Origin: an uncultured Ruficoccus sp.
GTDB lineage: Bacteria; Verrucomicrobiota; Verrucomicrobiia; Opitutales; Cerasicoccaceae
Direction: 5' to 3'
Length of the DNA stretch: 64,000 nt
Assembly (NCBI GenBank): GCA_965140785.1
Contig: OZ223497.1
Location: 128,001 to 192,000, forward strand
A program made the translations under genes and the position numbers. This document shows, one piece after another, positions 10,001 to 19,728 of the stretch (position 1 is its first letter; every line of letters starts with the position of its first letter). Below the pieces are notes generated by a model. That model was not told the origin of the DNA. It saw only the letters and a program-made list of their open reading frames with translations, and did not search any database.

Positions 10001-10710
10001 AAGGAGAGTCGAGCGACGGCCTCAAGTGGAGGGCTCCCTATTCTTATCAGGCCGTCCGGGGCGAACACGCTGTCCCGGCGGGGGACTAGCAGCGTCCGGG
10101 CAAAGGTGTTCGAATGGTGCTGGGTAACCGTAATCGGGGCTGCGCGCACGACGATGTCTTTGAGACTGACGATGCCGTCTGCATGGCCAAAAACAAACAC
10201 CAGGGTATAGTAATGAACATCCGGGGGGACGGTGATATTAACCTGCTGGTGTGTCCACTGTTGGGACTCAAAGTAGGTGCGGTAACTCGCCGGTTCTATC
10301 CGTTCCGAATACCGGGTCACTCCAGGTTGCTCGGAGAACCAGCCAGAGGTATTGAAGTGCGCAGCTTCGCCGTCAATGGGGCTGAGCGAGTTGATCTTCA
10401 CCTGGTAGCTTACTTCGAGTTTCTGTCCCTGCAGGTTCTCGACGGGAAGGTCAGCGATTCTGATCCCGGCCCATGGGGTAGATTTCTCATGTTTGTCCAG
10501 GGTGATCACCAGTGGCTCGTCATCGCCAAAACTGAGCCGCGTGCCTTTTCCGTAGGTCTGGATTGCCCGGACATCGGCGGTCAGGTCAAAGAGGGGCGCT
10601 GGGGTTGCCAGGGCGGCCAGAGAGATGATGCGAAAAAAGACTAGGGCGAGGGCAATTCGAAGGATTGTTTTGCATACGGGGGCAGGGGGGGCTTCGGCGG
10701 GATTATGCAC
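7087..10710 (-). CDS. Secreted multidomain glycoside hydrolase: CBM9-like sugar-binding domain + GH42-like (clan GH-A) catalytic domain
   Basis: DSLQVAFD...GFNLLVNDSDG...NPADFG (CBM9-like); WDLSNEP, KRYHNIAALNAAWGTDY, DNEYH. Confidence 0.75.
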   Translation of the reverse strand: MHNPAEAPPAPVCKTILRIALALVFFRIISLAALATPAPLFDLTADVRAIQTYGKGTRLSFGDDEPLVITLDKHEKSTPWAGIRIADLPVENLQGQKLEVSYQVKINSLSPIDGEAAHFNTSGWFSEQPGVTRYSERIEPASYRTYFESQQWTHQQVNITVPPDVHYYTLVFVFGHADGIVSLKDIVVRAAPITVTQHHSNTFARTLLVPRRDSVFAPDGLIRIGSPPLEAVARLSFDDEAFYCETKVTDPAPYQPYHDENLWKADSLQVAFDTQWDRSVNQLNPHDDYEFGLAATPKGVLLYPFFQPPDHPTPIGDTSYEVRHDPETQITTYELAIPWRAITSVAYEDLNAFGFNLLVNDSDGEKRSFIQWTPGIGDRKNPADFGILFLDKEDTGFAAGVVGSDADLYGHEDYQFAIFGTGYLETEASISVTLNGQVIDKREITFTPGETELAFTIPAYHFQDGGNLLAARVELIDGTVSEKIVTINHYSAASLMARIDPLTEQVRTKLTQLKKAIDTLGEGPERPLELVVSWQVSDLFINRYIKEDQAEKRFTLALRELQDVDRVLDEALSEIRSGNYHLLPVKPVTDIVYDQGTLTSNGSAVFLSGQVYSSKIQYFTGETKNNLGINYEVISGVTTRYFVPGDPELTIDPSVDLILDVNALRNNSAHNIATSILVLNNQLPLWFGQSFPDAKLKGNHFLDYDPDHPKVREFMAKATACYFEMFARKYPKLIDDIVVWDLSNEPTIETISARTRQNFLEAMKKRYHNIAALNAAWGTDYPDFAATENFPALFPTHPVCRYDWLTFNNQRFFDFWSRTGDIAKSAAPDHQIRTSIKVMNGHSWLPKFRIDNGYDRFLINQMTDAHGGDNEVSDEPDGPYALGWRNQSMSFDLCKSLAPQQPILDNEYHATPSTPEHMRASLWLAAWHGLNAANLWTLSRDKSIWFWQAGEGAQWFKHAQDTMPLVMSIYGRESIRINSVMDRVRHFYEAPRPARILYSQTARIYDGTSSQRVLENAYQALYFQNQSIGFLAESDLLAGNIPNDLQALIIPRTIHVSAQLPDALAQLEQRGVRLILIGSDSLARDEADKLLPPLTLESAIRIDDGTLASLNQSLPDALLQAGIEAPYSLRTANGSAPNHVEARFVNVNGRTIGYAINLGQSPVAFHLVDAKGQALAVRDIFPRVEPTLDEIRLEPMEPINFDVIDTQ

Positions 10711-11137
10711 TTAAGGGATTGCTGGAATGAGTGATGCCGCGTAAACATGCTACACATGTAACATGAGTGTCAATCCCATTCTCGGACTTTTGCTTTTGAC
10801 GTGAATGCAGGGGAGGCGAGTAACTTTGATTTTTTGTTCGTCGATTTAGGGAGATCACGCTTGGCTCACGCATCTATGTCCGCCTCTAGCGAGGATTTAT
10901 GCTCGATAATAATCGTTTATTGGTCGTTGATTGAATACGTCGTCCGTGTGTTTTGCTAGGGGTTGAAAATCCAAAAATCGCTTTACCCTGCTGAGATTCG
11001 TGAGTGGAAAAGCAAGGCTTTTGTTTATTAGCATGTAGCATAATCGGGTTTTGAATGCGGCATGGATTTCTTGAAATGGAACACGTGTAATAATTCGGGT
11101 TGACTTCTCCTTGTGAGTCATCCAAACTTTGACCTGT

Positions 11138-11848
11138 ATGATACCCCAACGCAAACGTCAGGCGTTTACGCTGATAGAGCTTCTCACAGCTGTTGCGGTG
11201 ATTGCCATCCTGGCCTCCGTACTTTTTTCTGCGATCATGAGCGCGCTTAAGCGAAGTCGAGAGACGCAATGCGCGTCCCGGTTGAGCAACATCGGTCAGG
11301 GCGTCATGCTGTACGCGCAGGATCACAACATGTATTTGCCCGGCCCTCTCAGCAGTGTGGCTTTCGGCGGATGGTACTCCACGCCGCGCGAGAAAGACTA
11401 CACCTACGGAAATTTGCTGGGGAGCTTTGTCGCTCCTTATATGGAAATGAATCTGCCGCCGGAGGAGGAAGGGTTCCAGTCCCGTTTTTCCGAAAACTTC
11501 GTCTGCCCGACCTGGCTGGATGAGGTCGGTGAGGCGGCGAGCGATCCATCGAATTGGATGAACACCTGTTACGTGGTACAAAAGCGGATTATCGTGGACG
11601 GTCAGCGGGTCGGGATCCTAAAGCCGTGGGGCAACCCGGTGGGAACACCTTGGGATGAGAGTTCGCCGTTGAAACTGTCGAACTTGCAGGATACCGCCAA
11701 CTACTGGATGATCACGGAGCTGGACACGGCCGGGAATCTCGGTGCGACCGCTTCGGTGGCCCAGCCGGTTCACGAGACTTTTCGCAACACGTTATTTTTT
11801 GACGGCCATGTAGAGGCTGTGCCTACGAGCCAGTCCATGTATCCCTGA
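11138..11848 (+). CDS. Prepilin-type N-terminal cleavage/methylation + H-X9-DG protein (module A)
   Basis: AFTLIELLTAVAVIAILA; C-terminal HETFRNTLFFDGHVE. Confidence 0.9.
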   Translation: MIPQRKRQAFTLIELLTAVAVIAILASVLFSAIMSALKRSRETQCASRLSNIGQGVMLYAQDHNMYLPGPLSSVAFGGWYSTPREKDYTYGNLLGSFVAPYMEMNLPPEEEGFQSRFSENFVCPTWLDEVGEAASDPSNWMNTCYVVQKRIIVDGQRVGILKPWGNPVGTPWDESSPLKLSNLQDTANYWMITELDTAGNLGATASVAQPVHETFRNTLFFDGHVEAVPTSQSMYP

Positions 11849-11854
11849 TCGCCC

Positions 11855-13054
11855 ATGATCCGCTTCGACTCATCTTCCGTACGAGCCAAGAGCCAGTGGC
11901 TGCCTCTGCTGTGTTATGTATCCGATTTGCACCGGCGCAGCACACGCCCGCCCGAGTGGCGTTTACCCGGACCGTGGGAAGAAATCGGGCCGGGCTATCG
12001 CCCCATCGGCTTCGGGCACTGGGATATTGTGCACGCAGCCTTGGATGCGTTGGTAGAAGCCCCCGGCCACGCCAGGCAACAGATTCGTAATCTGCTGGCC
12101 CTTCAGCTTGATGACGGTCTGATCCCCAGTCCGATCTATTTCCGCCCCGGGGAGGAGCCATGGGTGAACACGAAGCATAGTCATCCGGCACTGTGGACAA
12201 TTGCCGTGGATGACTGGGTGGCCCTGACCGGAGACGCTTCCTTTGTTGAAGAGTGCTTCGAGCCGCTGGTCCGCCTCATTGACTGGTTCGAGAACCATCG
12301 ACGCACAGCTAATGGCGGTTTCTTTTACGAGGACATTTGCTCGAACCACTGGGAGAGCGGTATTGATGAAGGCGTCCGTTTTGATGATCGTCTCGCGCGG
12401 CCGGCTGCCTGTGTGGACGCCACCGCTCACCTATACAACCTGTACCGCACGGCTACGGACTGGGCACGACTCACGGCTCGTGACCCTGCTCGGTGGCAGG
12501 AGGAGGCCGACCAGTTGCGTGCATTTATCCAGACGCGACTGTACGATTCGTCGCGAGGTTTTTTTTACGATGCCTGGCGGGTGAGCCAGAGCCGGGCGCC
12601 CGGCGCGTTCGAAGGTTTCTGGCCAGTGGTCGTTGGGGCGGCAACGCCTGAGCAGGCGGCCCGGGTGGTCGAGGAGCACTTGATGAACCCTCGGCGTTTT
12701 TTCACACCGCATCCGATCAGCACGTTGGCGCGAGAGGACCCCCGCTTTGAATTGCGCATGTGGCGTGGTCCGGTCTGGAACAGTATGACCTACTGGGCTG
12801 CTCGCGGGTGTTTACGCTATGGGCATCGTGAGTCGGCATGCCGGATTCTGGAGCACGCTCTGGATCAATCGGCGCGTGTTTTCGCGGAGACGGGCACGAT
12901 CTGGGAATTCTATCATCCCGATGGCGGTGATCCTCGTCAGCTCACGCGCAAACCCGGTACGGACCGGGCGATTCCCTGCCGCGACTATCTCGGGCATAAT
13001 CCGCTTATCGCCATGGCCGAGCTTTGGGAGCGCTGCGTGGCCGGAGCCGGATGA
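11855..13054 (+). CDS. GH63/trehalase-like (alpha/alpha)6 glycoside hydrolase
   Basis: HWD, SHPALW, WESGIDEGVRFD, MWRGPVW, WEFYHP. Confidence 0.8.
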   Translation: MIRFDSSSVRAKSQWLPLLCYVSDLHRRSTRPPEWRLPGPWEEIGPGYRPIGFGHWDIVHAALDALVEAPGHARQQIRNLLALQLDDGLIPSPIYFRPGEEPWVNTKHSHPALWTIAVDDWVALTGDASFVEECFEPLVRLIDWFENHRRTANGGFFYEDICSNHWESGIDEGVRFDDRLARPAACVDATAHLYNLYRTATDWARLTARDPARWQEEADQLRAFIQTRLYDSSRGFFYDAWRVSQSRAPGAFEGFWPVVVGAATPEQAARVVEEHLMNPRRFFTPHPISTLAREDPRFELRMWRGPVWNSMTYWAARGCLRYGHRESACRILEHALDQSARVFAETGTIWEFYHPDGGDPRQLTRKPGTDRAIPCRDYLGHNPLIAMAELWERCVAGAG

Positions 13055-13074
13055 GAAATGCCACCAGTCCGGGG

Positions 13075-14148
13075 TCAGTCTCGTGATCGTGGGGCTGGAC
13101 CCGAGGATTCGCGGCTAATGAATTGTGGCGTGATCCATTGGGTGCTGGTCGGCGCGGGGACGGCGGGGCTTGGCGTGGTCGCGGGGACGGCGGGGCTTGG
13201 CGTGGTCGCGGGGTGGATGCGTTGTTGCAGTAATTTCAGGGCGGTTTTGATCGTGGTGGCAACTTGCTGGTCGATGGTGGTCAGGCGCGGACGGATCTGT
13301 TCGCTCAGTTCCAGATTATCGAAGCCCACCACCGAGATATCTTCCGGGACAGAAAGACCGCGGTCACGCAGTTGGAACACGGCGCCGGCGCCAACCATGT
13401 CGTTCATAGCGACGAGTGCAGTGGGGCGAGGGCGCGCATCGAGCGCGAGGTCTGCGCAGATACGGCCCTCAAACATGCCACCGCCATTACGGATGCCTGT
13501 GGTTGTGGTAAAGATCATTGCGTCGCGCTCAATGTCCAAGCCACGTTTGGCTAGAGCAGTTTTGACATAATCGCGCCGCCAAGCAGACATTTCTAGAAAG
13601 CCGAAGTGACGGTGGCCGAGATCCCAGAGATGCGCGATGAGCATCTCGACTGCCAGGCCACGGTCGAGCTGGACATTGAGCACATTGACCGGTTGGGGTG
13701 CGTCCACGACGACGCAGGGCATGGGATGTTTTTCGAGCAGTTCGAGGGATTGTTCGGAGACCAAGTCGATAAAGAACATGCCATCGACCCGAAAGGAATG
13801 AAATTGCCCGATGATCTGCTTTTCCAGTTCCTGGCTGTGGTCGCTGAATTCGACCAGGACACGGTATCCCTCATTGCGCAGGAGCCGTTGAAACGTGGCC
13901 AATTTGCGGGCCATGATCAAGTTGTCGATATGAGTGATACAAATGCCGATCGTCCCCGTGTTGGCTCCCTTCAGCGCGCGGGCGAACAGGTTGGGGGAGA
14001 AGCCGACTTCCTTCATCGCCTGAAGAACACGCAGGCGGGTTTTCTCGTTCACCCCTTCGTGGTCGTTGAGCACGCGGGAAACCGTCGCCCTGGATAGCCC
14101 CAGGTGCTTCGCCAGCGATGAGGTCGAATGAATGGATGAAACAGTCAT
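13075..14148 (-). CDS. LacI-family regulator (module A)
   Basis: LAKHLGLSRATVSRVLN HTH, VPEDISVVGFD; start placed at MTVSS. Confidence 0.9.
   Translation of the reverse strand: MTVSSIHSTSSLAKHLGLSRATVSRVLNDHEGVNEKTRLRVLQAMKEVGFSPNLFARALKGANTGTIGICITHIDNLIMARKLATFQRLLRNEGYRVLVEFSDHSQELEKQIIGQFHSFRVDGMFFIDLVSEQSLELLEKHPMPCVVVDAPQPVNVLNVQLDRGLAVEMLIAHLWDLGHRHFGFLEMSAWRRDYVKTALAKRGLDIERDAMIFTTTTGIRNGGGMFEGRICADLALDARPRPTALVAMNDMVGAGAVFQLRDRGLSVPEDISVVGFDNLELSEQIRPRLTTIDQQVATTIKTALKLLQQRIHPATTPSPAVPATTPSPAVPAPTSTQWITPQFISRESSGPAPRSRD
13153..13212. repeat. 27-nt in-frame tandem duplication (PATTPSPAV x2) in the LacI C-terminus
   Basis: CGCGGGGACGGCGGGGCTTGGCGTGGT twice plus a partial third copy. 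Confidence 0.9.
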
Positions 14149-14534
14149 ATCGTTGCGTGGTGGTATGGTTTGCCTTCTAAAAGTCTCGTTGGGGGCGCGC
14201 AATGACGATTTGTCATACCGCATCCGATTATTACAGCCATTCGCTGTGCCAAGCAAGAAACGTAGCGGCCCCGCCAAGTATCCATAACGTGCGCATTAAT
14301 ACCCCGCTGTGAAAAATTGAGCAACAGGTGGTATCGGGAGGGCATAGAAAGATTTGTATAAAAAATTTCTACATGTGTCGAAGCTATATATTTGATATTT
14401 ATATTGACCTGTAAAAGGTGCAATGTAAATAAAAGCTACACGTGTGACAAATTTGGATTTCCATCTCTAGGGATGGATTGAGCGTGTGACACGAGGCAAA
14501 TGCCTGACTTTTAACTACCCGACCATTTTCCCTG

Positions 14535-16835
14535 ATGCATTGGATTGATTGGCTCATTACGATCTTACCGGTTTCGCTGGTTATATTTCTCGCCGTTTAC
14601 AGCAAGCGTTACGTCCGTGGTGTCGTGGATTTCTTGGCCGCCGGCCGCGTGGCCGGGCGCTATGTGCTGTCGGTGGGCGACCTGTCATCGAGCCTGAGTG
14701 TGATTACGCTGGTGGCCTTGGTGGAGTCCAAATATCAGGTCGGGTACGCGCTGACGTTCTGGGAATATCTTACGGTTCCGGTCAGCCTCATCATGGGCTT
14801 GACCGGTTTTTGCGTTTACCGTTTCCGCGAAACGCGGTCGCTCTCGATCGGGCAGTTTCTGGAAATGCGCTACAGCAAATCGCTGCGCATTGTCGCGGCC
14901 TCATTGCGCACGCTGTCCGAGATGGTCTCCAATGCGATCGGACCGGCAGTGGCGGCCAATTTCTTCATATACTTTCTGGGAATGTCTCACAAAGTAGAGA
15001 TATTTGGGGTGGTCTTGCCGACCTTCGGCCTGATTGTGGCCTTGTCGCTCTGCCTGTGTATGGTCGTTATTTGGTCGGGAGGCCGCATTTCCCTGCTCAT
15101 TTCGGACGCCTTTCAGGGCCTGATGAGCTACCCGATTTTTGTGATCATCGCCGGATACATCTTACTCAACTACGGCTGGTCTGACACCATCGCGCCGGTT
15201 ATGATGGACCGGGTCGAGGGGGAAAGCTTCATCAATCCCTTCGACATCGAAAAACTGCGCGATTTCAACATTTTCGCCCTCCTGGTGACGATTATGGGGA
15301 ACATCCTCAACAAGGCCAGTTGGATCGGCAATGACACCACCGGCAGTGGGCGCACGCCGCACGAACAGAAAATGGCAGGCATTCTGGGGGGGTGGCGTTC
15401 GCTCTATTCGAGTCTGATGCTTCTGCTGATTGCCATCATGGTCATCGCATTTATGACGCACCCGAAGTTCGCTCGAGACAGTCACGATATCCGTCTTGAA
15501 CTGTCGCAGGAGGTGGCAGAGGAGGCCATCAACGATTCGGCTCTGAGGGGGCAACTTGCGGCGGGGATGGACGCAATCCCGGTTGCCGAGCATCAAATAG
15601 GTGTAGATGCCCCCTTGTCTCGCGACAGCAATATCGACACCCCCTACATGGAGACTGCCAGGAAAACGCTGGGCGGTACGCCCGAAGGAAACCTTCAGTT
15701 TCAGAAATTCCGCACTCTCTATCATCAAATGATGCTGCCAGTGACACTGCGGAATATTCTGCCGGTGGGGATGATGGGGTTGTTCTGCCTGCTGATGATT
15801 ATGCTGCTGATCTCGACCGACGACTCGCGCATCTTCAACGCCTCCTCGACGATCGTGCAGGATATCATTCTGCCATTCAGGAAAAAACCGTTTACCCCCC
15901 GGCGGCATATTCTGGTTCTGCGTTTATCTTCGCTGGGGGTTTGCCTGTTTTTCTTTGTCGTCTCGATATTCTTTGTGCAAATCGACTACATCATCATGTT
16001 CACGGTCATTATGACCTCGCTGTGGCTGGGCGGCGCGGGTCCGATCATGGTGTTTGGTCTCTACAGCCGCTTTGGCAATACCGTAGGCGCTTTCGGCTCG
16101 CTGATTTTCGGGTCCGGTTTCGCCATATTGGGGCTTTTCTTTCAGCGCAAATGGGCGGAAATGATCTATCCTTGGTTGGTCTCCCATGGTTGGGAGTTGC
16201 CGGTCGGGAATTTTCTGGAAAGCGTTTCGCGTCCGTTCAACCCTTATATCGTCTGGAAAATGGACGCGGTGAAATTTCCCATCAACTCATATGAGCTGTA
16301 TTTCATGGCCATGGTGAGCGGGATTTTTGCCTATGTGATTGGTTCGGCTTTGACGCAACGCAAGCCCTTCAACCTCGACCGACTCCTGCACCGTGGCAAA
16401 TACGACATCGCCCACGAATACAAGGAGCCCTTCCGGTGGAGCGTCCGTAACGCTTTTAGGAAAATCATCGGCATTACCCCGGAGTACACCTTGGGCGACC
16501 GCATCATTGCGTGGTCGGTCTTTAGTTACGCGATGATCTACAAGTTCGGGTTCTGCTTCATCGGCGTACTGATCTGGAACGTGATTTCGCCTTGGCCGTT
16601 GCAGTGGTGGAGCACATACTTCTTTATCACGAGCTTGTGCGTCACGGCTGTCCTTGGAATCGTTTCCACCTTCTGGTTCCTGATTGGAGGCATCATCGAT
16701 ATTCGCAGGCTCTTTATAGACCTTGCCGCCCGCATCGACAATCCGCTCGACAACGGTATGGTGGAGGATCACGTCTCCCTCGCCGATAGGGCAGCTTTCA
16801 GGGCGAGGGAGGACCCCACTGAGGATCAAGAGTAA
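14535..16835 (+). CDS. Sodium:solute symporter (SSS) family transporter
   Basis: Many TM segments, DFLAAGR, QFLEMRYS, LPVGMMGLF. Confidence 0.85.
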   Translation: MHWIDWLITILPVSLVIFLAVYSKRYVRGVVDFLAAGRVAGRYVLSVGDLSSSLSVITLVALVESKYQVGYALTFWEYLTVPVSLIMGLTGFCVYRFRETRSLSIGQFLEMRYSKSLRIVAASLRTLSEMVSNAIGPAVAANFFIYFLGMSHKVEIFGVVLPTFGLIVALSLCLCMVVIWSGGRISLLISDAFQGLMSYPIFVIIAGYILLNYGWSDTIAPVMMDRVEGESFINPFDIEKLRDFNIFALLVTIMGNILNKASWIGNDTTGSGRTPHEQKMAGILGGWRSLYSSLMLLLIAIMVIAFMTHPKFARDSHDIRLELSQEVAEEAINDSALRGQLAAGMDAIPVAEHQIGVDAPLSRDSNIDTPYMETARKTLGGTPEGNLQFQKFRTLYHQMMLPVTLRNILPVGMMGLFCLLMIMLLISTDDSRIFNASSTIVQDIILPFRKKPFTPRRHILVLRLSSLGVCLFFFVVSIFFVQIDYIIMFTVIMTSLWLGGAGPIMVFGLYSRFGNTVGAFGSLIFGSGFAILGLFFQRKWAEMIYPWLVSHGWELPVGNFLESVSRPFNPYIVWKMDAVKFPINSYELYFMAMVSGIFAYVIGSALTQRKPFNLDRLLHRGKYDIAHEYKEPFRWSVRNAFRKIIGITPEYTLGDRIIAWSVFSYAMIYKFGFCFIGVLIWNVISPWPLQWWSTYFFITSLCVTAVLGIVSTFWFLIGGIIDIRRLFIDLAARIDNPLDNGMVEDHVSLADRAAFRAREDPTEDQE

Positions 16836-16847
16836 CGCCTTGGCTGG

Positions 16848-17086
16848 AGGTGTGGAGTATGCGATTTCAGGTTTTCTTGCCCCTTGGCAGCGACTTATGG
16901 TTTTTTGAAAAAGTCGTCTTGAACCCGTAAACTTTACTTTTGTTGAGCTTGATGGCCGGTGGGGGAAGCTGCGAAGTGCTGACCCATGAGCCGCCAGCAG
17001 CAAGTCATCGAATATTTGGTTGAGGAAAATCGTGTTCTTCGTGAGCAACTCGACATCCACGCCAAAGGTAAATGCGTCAATGCGAC
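16848..17086 (+). mobile_element. 5' fragment of the same IS (carries insert 'd' at 16963-16985, lacks insert a), fused to att-like repeat B
   Basis: RQQQVIEYLVEENRVLREQLDIHAKGK; upstream ~75 nt homologous to 35798 and 50591; junction at microhomology ATGCGAC. Confidence 0.8.
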
Positions 17087-17184
17087 TGCGTGCTACTCAA
17101 TGACCTTAACTGGCAAATGAGTGAAGTTGCTGGGTGCTGGTAATAAGCGACTTATGAATGCGAGTCCGCGTCCCGCCACCTCCA
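17078..17184 (+). repeat. att-like repeat copy B
   Basis: Same motifs as copy A; core CCGCGTCCCGCCACCTCCA at 17166-17184. Confidence 0.8.
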
Positions 17185-17313
17185 CGGTGACGGGCAAGTT
17201 CACCTCTTTGGCTATGGGCGTTTTCGGTGGCGCGATCTTCACCCTTCTGAGTTGTGTAGAGCACTGACGGTATGAGCTGCGGATTTATCTACGGGTATAT
17301 TAGGCGGCAACTG

Positions 17314-17329
17314 ACGCAACAGTTATCGT
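17314..17329. promoter_or_regulatory. Module B operator (ACGCAACAGTTATCGT)
   Basis: Related 16-mers at 18542-18557, 19665-19680, 27274-27289, 35691-35706, each upstream of a gene start. Confidence 0.7.
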
Positions 17330-17444
17330 AGAGGGGGGGTTGCTGGCTCAATCTGGGAGAGCCTACTGTTGCAGGATAACCTCAAAAGGAAACGGCTACC
17401 ATTTCTGCTTTAAGCAATGATGGCGCTTCCTGCCGGTACGAACG

Positions 17445-18452
17445 ATGTGTTTTAAAATATGCCTTATCGGGTGCGGCGATTTTGCCGGTCAAGTCCATGG
17501 CTCTGCCCACCTCAGCTACGCCCACAGCCATCCGCGGACGGAGCTTACTGCCTGTTGTGATATCGACGCCGGAAGGGCAAAGAAATTTGCGGCGCGGTTT
17601 GGGTACGCTCGCCACTATTCGGATATGGAGGCGATGATGGATCGGGAAAAGCCGGATGCGGTGGTCGTACTGGTCATGCCACAGGTTACGGCGAAGGTTG
17701 TAGCCGCAGTTCTGTCGCGAGGATTGCCTGTTTTTTTGGAAAAGCCCCCGGGCATGAATCTTAAGGAGATCGACGAGCTGATCGCAATCTCAGCGGCGCA
17801 TATGGCGCCGACGCAGGTTGGATTTAATCGGCGTTATATGCCGCTGATGCAGCGTGCGCGGCAGATCCTTGAGGTAGATTTTGCACCGATACAGCAGGTT
17901 AATTACAACATGATCCGCTATGAGCGCAATGACCCCGATTTTTCCATAACTGCGATTCATGCCATAGATGCCGCAATGTTTTTGGCCGGCAGCCCGTATC
18001 GCCGGATGAGGTTGGATTACGAGGCGCTTGAGGGGTTTGACGTGAGCCGTTGGAACGTCTCGCTACGCGGGGAGTGCGAGTCCGGCGCGTTCGTCAATAT
18101 CCACATCCAGCCAATGGCCGGTTATTTGTCAGAATCCTTTAGCGTACACGGAGTCGGCGTCTCCCTGCTCGGGGAGGTGCTGGGGCCCGGGCTTACGGCG
18201 AATGTTGGGCGACTGGAACATTGGGTGGCCGACAAGCGCATAGGGGAGTATTCCGACACGGGACTCACGAAATCTGTGCGAAGAGGTGTTGACGGGGAGT
18301 TTTCCGCCTTTTGCGATGCCATCCGTTCGGGGAATACACCGACACCTTCGCTGGAGCAGTGTCGACGGCAAGTTTGCCTGATGGAGGCTCTTCGTAACCG
18401 TGAGACCGGAGTGATTGATTTTTCCACGTTGATGCTAAGTACGCCCGGTTGA
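17445..18452 (+). CDS. Gfo/Idh/MocA oxidoreductase
   Basis: ICLIGCG, VFLEKPP, VGFNRRY, AIHAID. Confidence 0.9.
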   Translation: MCFKICLIGCGDFAGQVHGSAHLSYAHSHPRTELTACCDIDAGRAKKFAARFGYARHYSDMEAMMDREKPDAVVVLVMPQVTAKVVAAVLSRGLPVFLEKPPGMNLKEIDELIAISAAHMAPTQVGFNRRYMPLMQRARQILEVDFAPIQQVNYNMIRYERNDPDFSITAIHAIDAAMFLAGSPYRRMRLDYEALEGFDVSRWNVSLRGECESGAFVNIHIQPMAGYLSESFSVHGVGVSLLGEVLGPGLTANVGRLEHWVADKRIGEYSDTGLTKSVRRGVDGEFSAFCDAIRSGNTPTPSLEQCRRQVCLMEALRNRETGVIDFSTLMLSTPG

Positions 18453-18557
18453 TGAAGTCGGCCCTTGTCGGCCTGTTCTCACGAATTTTCTTTACCGGGT
18501 TCTCACTGGTACCTGTTTGAACATTGACTCCTGTTCGTTTCACGAAAACAGTTGCGT

Positions 18558-19592
18558 ATGGAAGAGCGCAGGGTCACGATCCGCGATATCGCCCGTGAGT
18601 GTGGCGTCCATTTTACTACGGTTTCGCGGGCCTTGTCCCGCCACCCGAGTATTCCAGATGCGACCTGCGAGCGCATTCAGAGCAAGGCGACGGAAATGGG
18701 CTATATACCCGATCCGATGCTGTCTGCGATCAGTGCGTACCGCACGAGCATACGCCAGCGAAGTTTTCAGGGAAATATCGCCTGGGTGACCAATTATCCC
18801 GAGGAAAAAGGCTGGGCCCGGCATGAGATATTCAGACTGCATTTCAAAGGTGCCAGACGGCGGGCCGATGAGCTTGGGTATCGCTTGGAGGAGTTCTGGC
18901 TGGGTGACCCATCAATGAGAAGCACGCGGGCGGCTCAGATCCTTCAGACACGAAACATTCGGGGGCTGCTCTTGTGCGCGCAGCCGACCGCGGGGGTGAA
19001 ACTGGACTTTGACTGGTCCCGTTTTTCCTGTGTGACCTTTGGTTATACCTTAGCGTATCCGGCTCTACATACGGTGGCCGGGCATACTTTTCATGCGATG
19101 GTGAAAGTGATCGAACGTGTGCGGAGCCTGGGCTACAAGCGCTTGGGCTTCGCGATATCGTCCGCTGGCGACGAGCGTATTTTCAATATCTGGTCCGGGG
19201 CTTTTTTGACCCAGCAGCAGCATTGGCCCCGGAGTGAACGTGTCCGCATGTATTCACCCAATCAATTAAATGAGAAAGGTTTTCTGGCATGGGTCCAAAA
19301 ATATAAGCCCGATGTTATTCTTGCGCAGGAGCAAGGTTTGATCGGCGTTTTGGAAAAGGCCGGGTTTCTGGTGCCGCAGGACATCGGCTTTGCCACACCT
19401 TCTTTAATTACGGACCCGCGGAAGCCCAGCGGGATCGATGAGAACCCGCAACAGATGGGGGCAGCGGCCGTCAACATGCTGGTTGGCATGCTCCAGCGAA
19501 ACGAAATGGACATACCTGAAAATGCATATTGCCTGCTGGTGAAAGGGACCTGGTGCCCCGGTTCAACTTTGCGGAATAAAGCCCAGGACTAG
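18558..19592 (+). CDS. LacI-family regulator (module B)
   Basis: VTIRDIARECGVHFTTVSRAL; LGYRLEEFWL and GIDEN motifs of the PVC LacI subtype. Confidence 0.9.
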   Translation: MEERRVTIRDIARECGVHFTTVSRALSRHPSIPDATCERIQSKATEMGYIPDPMLSAISAYRTSIRQRSFQGNIAWVTNYPEEKGWARHEIFRLHFKGARRRADELGYRLEEFWLGDPSMRSTRAAQILQTRNIRGLLLCAQPTAGVKLDFDWSRFSCVTFGYTLAYPALHTVAGHTFHAMVKVIERVRSLGYKRLGFAISSAGDERIFNIWSGAFLTQQQHWPRSERVRMYSPNQLNEKGFLAWVQKYKPDVILAQEQGLIGVLEKAGFLVPQDIGFATPSLITDPRKPSGIDENPQQMGAAAVNMLVGMLQRNEMDIPENAYCLLVKGTWCPGSTLRNKAQD

Positions 19593-19728
19593 AGCGGGAA
19601 ATGCGGACATGTCTTCCGCCTCGTGCTCGCTGAACAGCGACGGCGAATCTCATCAAGACGGAGAATGCTACAGTTATCGCGATGAATCCCTTGCCGGGAA
19701 ATGGCTGATCGTGATGATTGGAACCATC

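Noticed and set aside
19589..19610. Second MITE end (CTAGAGC after the LacI stop)
   Set aside because: Only 7 nt match the TIR and no partner end was found nearby
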